A stretch of DNA of 64,000 nucleotides from NCBI RefSeq assembly GCF_001194135.2, contig NC_068981.1:23395023-23459022 (forward strand), given 5' to 3'. The notes beneath the pieces were generated by a model. That model ran no database searches and had not been told where the DNA came from. It saw nothing but the letters and a program-made list of their open reading frames with translations. Below, piece after piece: positions 60,172-64,000 of the stretch. Source of the stretch: Octopus bimaculoides. Lineage: Eukaryota. Numbering within the stretch: the stretch's first letter is position 1; every line of letters starts with the position of its first letter. The position numbers were made by a program, and so were the translations under genes.

Positions 60172-60253
60172 GACTCTGATGAAGCTATAGGATGTTATCT
60201 TAGAACTCAACTAAGAGCCCGTCTCATCCTATAGCAGAAACAGTTGTAACCCA
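60172..60253 (+). ncRNA. Degenerate hammerhead-like motif
   Basis: CTGATGA-a-gctataggatg..catcctatagc-a-GAAAC-agtt-GTA: 11-bp perfect stem II, but stem I does not pair. Confidence 0.5.
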
Positions 60254-60286
60254 ATGAAGTTCATTCATAATTTCTTTTCTCTTGTC

Positions 60287-60327
<41 letters not shown>

Positions 60328-60378
60328 GGTAGCTAGCTATCCATCCATGCATCCATTCATCCAACCGCCCGTCCGTCC

Positions 60379-60416
<38 letters not shown>

Positions 60417-60436
60417 GTCTCTGTCTGTGTGTGTGT

Positions 60437-60469
<33 letters not shown>

Positions 60470-61959
60470 CCTGTCTGCAAGGGAAAGGGTCACTATGGCT
60501 TTATACTAGAAACTTGGAAATAAGAATTTAATATTGATATAAGTTCTACAAAAGTCAAACAATATTTAGACGAGAAGGAGATCATATTTCAAAATATACA
60601 AGTGCGTTTTGAAAGTATATTTCATTCCGTTTTCGTACGATACTTGATAAAGAAAAAAAAAAAAAAGAAGAAATTTCAGAATCTTAGAATGCTATTATAA
60701 CTAAATAAATTTGCATCGGTAGACGATTATTGCAATAATAGAATGTAAATGGCAAGATTTATTCATTATATAAAATTCTTGAATGAATAAATTTCAAACA
60801 TTCTCAGACGCAAAGGAGATCCGATTTCAAAATGTAGAGTAGGAGACGGTCGGTTGAAATTATATTATGTAGTCTCTTTTCGTGAGGTAGTTAATAAACG
60901 AAAACAATCTTAGTCTTAGAAAGTCCTTATAAATAAACAAATTTGCCTCGACAGACAATGATTACAAGCGGATATTTTCATGATTTGTATACGTAAGGGA
61001 GCTAAATGTACGAAAGAGAATATTAAATATATTTATGTATATAATGCATTTAAATATAAACAGTATGTATATTGAATATAAATTATATATTATATTTAAC
61101 AAAGGGTAAGTTCTTAATGTAACACAGAAAAGAATAAACATTTGCTTCATTACAAAAAAAGTCAATGAACTAATATAATACAATAAAAGACAAAAATATC
61201 ATGGACGATGTTGGTTTCATATTTCAAGAATCATTAACAAGAAACAGATCGATAATCAAAGGCAGACGGCAAAATTATTCAGCATATAAAAATCCTTGAA
61301 TGTATAGAAATTCAAAGTTTTCCAAACACGAAGAATTTTAGATTCCCAAATATTCTGATAAGTGTTTAAGACATCTCGTTCTTTTTGACGTGAACAATAA
61401 GCAAATTTGCATCGAAAGATGGTTAATGTAATAATTTAAGACAGACGGTAAAAAAAAAATCAATATACAAGTTTCTTTCAAACTTGGAGAAATCCGCTTT
61501 TAAAATATATTGGTGATATTGAAGGTATATTTAATTCTTTTTATGAATATTTTGTATGCTTATTTTTTTTGTATATCTTTGACACGAATAAAATAATTAT
61601 TCTCTATTTTATTGCACTGAGATCTACCATTTTTTAAATATATAATTTTCAATATATATGCAATATAAGTGTCACCAATATTTCGATGTTCGATGTATCA
61701 TATATGAATGCACACATAGACATATGTATGTACGTAGTGCATTCAAAACGAATCCAATTTTATTTTTCCCCGCCAAACTAATACCACGTGGACAAAATCC
61801 TCCGGATGGGATGTGACGTCACCCTTCCTGCGCATGCTTGAAAATTTTCACGCCGATAGGCTGCATCATTCTCCGGCTGATATGGCTAGAGTACAGACGT
61901 ATATATTGTCAAATGTGTTATATGAATTTATAATAAATGTATATTGGTTTCAAATGTTG

Positions 61960-62118
61960 GCACAAGGCCAGTGATTTCAAGGGCGGAGTTAAATCAAGTA
62001 CATTGACCCCAGGGCTAAATTGTACATATTTTATCAACCCCGAAATGTAAGGTAAAGTTCACCTCAGTGGAATTTGAATTCAGAACGTAAAGACGGGACG
62101 AAATGCTGCTAAGCATTT
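61960..62118 (-). mobile_element. SINE A
   Basis: tggcacaaggcc..ttgaccccag..gaatttgaattcagaacgtaaagacgg. Confidence 0.8.
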
Positions 62119-62611
62119 CTTGAAATATAAACCATCATTCTTCTACAAATATAATCTAGATTTCTAAGAATAGAACAAAGCTACAGTTTTGTGTATAGGT
62201 TATTGTCAACCTCATTATTTGACAGGAATATATTTTATCGCCCCCTGCACAGTGAAGGGCAATAATACCTTCAGCCCGATTGAAAGACAATATGTAAGCA
62301 ACCGGTGCTTTAACGATTCTACGAATCCACAACAATATCCAGCGAATAACATTTCTTATCTGCAATCTAATACGACCTCCGTTGTGAGGTTTAAATGTAC
62401 AGTTTAGAATGATGAAGTAAGTTATTATGACTGAAGTCTGTCATGAGCCCTAGGTCACCTAAAACCGAACTTGAAACGCTTCCCATAGCATGTAAGATCA
62501 CAAGACACCCCAGTGAATGAGACGACGATAAGTTGCAAGGATACCTTCCAAGGTACTGCTGGAACCCATATAGAGTTCAGTGGACTGAAGAAGTAGCGGG
62601 GCTATAGTAAT

Positions 62612-63270
62612 CCTTTATTCTTTTACTTGTTTCAGTCATTAAACTGCGGTCATGCAGGGGCACCGCATTGAAGAATTTTTAGTTGGATGAATTGACCCCA
62701 GTACTTACATTTATTTATTTATTCATTCATTTATCTATTTATTTTTAAAGTCTGGTACTTATTCTATCAGTCTCTTTGCCGAACCGCTATTTTCCGGGGA
62801 CATAAACACTCTAATATCGGTTGTCAAGCGGTGGTGGGGGACCAACACACACACACACACACACACACAAATACACACATATATATATACGGAGTATATC
62901 TACACACGACTGGCCTCTTTCCGTCTACCAAATCCACTCACAAGGCTTTGGTCGTCCCGAGGTTATAATAGAAGACACTTGCGCAAGGTGCCAAGCAGTG
63001 GTACTGAACCCGGAACCACATGGTTGGGAAGCAAGCTTCTTTTCTACTCTAGGCACAAGGCCAGAAATTTTTAGGGAGGGATCCAGTCGGTTAGATAGAT
63101 CCCAGTACGCAAATGGTTCTTAATTTATTGACCCGAAAGGATGAAAGGCAAAGTCGACCTCGGCGGAATTTGAACTCAGAACGTAAGGCAGACGAAATAC
63201 CGCTAAGTATTTCACCCGGCGTGCTAACGTTTCTGCCAGCTCACCGACTTACCACACAACCATTCTTGCG
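62612..63270 (-). mobile_element. SINE B with a SINE A nested in its head
   Basis: SINE B 62612-63040 resumes at 63249 (ttaccacacaacc). Confidence 0.8.
63040..63248 (-). mobile_element. SINE A (nested)
   Basis: tctaggcacaaggcc..gaaaggatgaaaggcaaagtcgacctcggcggaatttgaactcagaacg..gtgctaacgtttctgccagctc. Confidence 0.9.
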
Positions 63271-64000
63271 GCAATAAGTAGAAGACATTTTCCCAAGATG
63301 CCACGCAGTAAGACTTGAACCAGAAACTACTTGGCTGAAAATCGAGCTTCTTTCGCTTAAAACTGTGCATACATCCTCGCACACTTATACGTAGGATTAC
63401 TTCTTTTGGCTTCGGTTATATTCTCATTTGTTGGTTTCCAGTGATATGTTGCTATACTGTATGCATCTGGAATTCGATAGACAGCTTGCTTCAGCGATGT
63501 ACTTTTAGTTGGTTCAACATTCTTGTATTTCCGGTGTCACGTAGATCGCTTCTTTCTGTAGACAGTTTCCAACCCAAAAGCTAATTGGAACTATGATTTT
63601 CAGTCGGTTACAGACACGAATTATATACGTACGCTTGTACATACTTGCATAAATTCATGCACACATATAACATTATAGATACATACGCTGAAACGCACAT
63701 ATGCATGCATACATAAATTCATACGTATAGATAAACATACATACATACAGATAAACATACATACATACATACATACATTTATACATACAGATAGACACAC
63801 ATTCATACTACCTCACGCAATCTGTGAATGAAAAAGTAAAAATATTCAAAACTTTTCTCAAGTTCCAAATGTGAATTTGTCTGTGTTAACTACATCCCAA
63901 AGATGGAGCCTTGGAAACCGGCTCACTTCTCAGTGGAGGGTTTATAATTAAGAAATAGAAGAGACATACATACATATCACACACACACACACACACACAC

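Overview
AT-rich animal genomic DNA from a draft scaffold with about 18 N-gaps (~6 kb in total), most of them bordered by microsatellites. The SINE families and repeat landscape resemble an octopus (coleoid cephalopod) genome; this is inferred from recalled repeat families, not from a database search. No host protein-coding gene can be recognised, and almost all listed ORFs are microsatellite or N read-through. The window is a retroelement graveyard. It holds (i) many fragments of restriction-like-endonuclease LINEs (R4/Dong type) stacked in (TAA)n/(TAC)n repeats, (ii) RTE, CR1/L2-type and HERO/NeSL-like LINE fragments, (iii) three Penelope-like elements, one with ~435-bp inverted pseudo-LTRs carrying a minimal hammerhead ribozyme, (iv) at least four tRNA-derived SINE families (called A-D here) and (v) mariner, piggyBac and foldback MITEs. 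The most interesting patterns are: three of four R4/Dong loci sit tail-to-tail with a SINE-A copy, suggesting SINE (ATT)n tails seed LINE landing pads; a CR1/L2 LINE shares a covarying 3' stem-loop with SINE-B; SINE-A shows tail swapping; several hammerhead-like motifs are present; and a CpG-rich E-box/CCAAT/E2F promoter-like island runs into a gap at 18.4 kb. Boundaries are read by eye and approximate unless a TSD or TIR is quoted.
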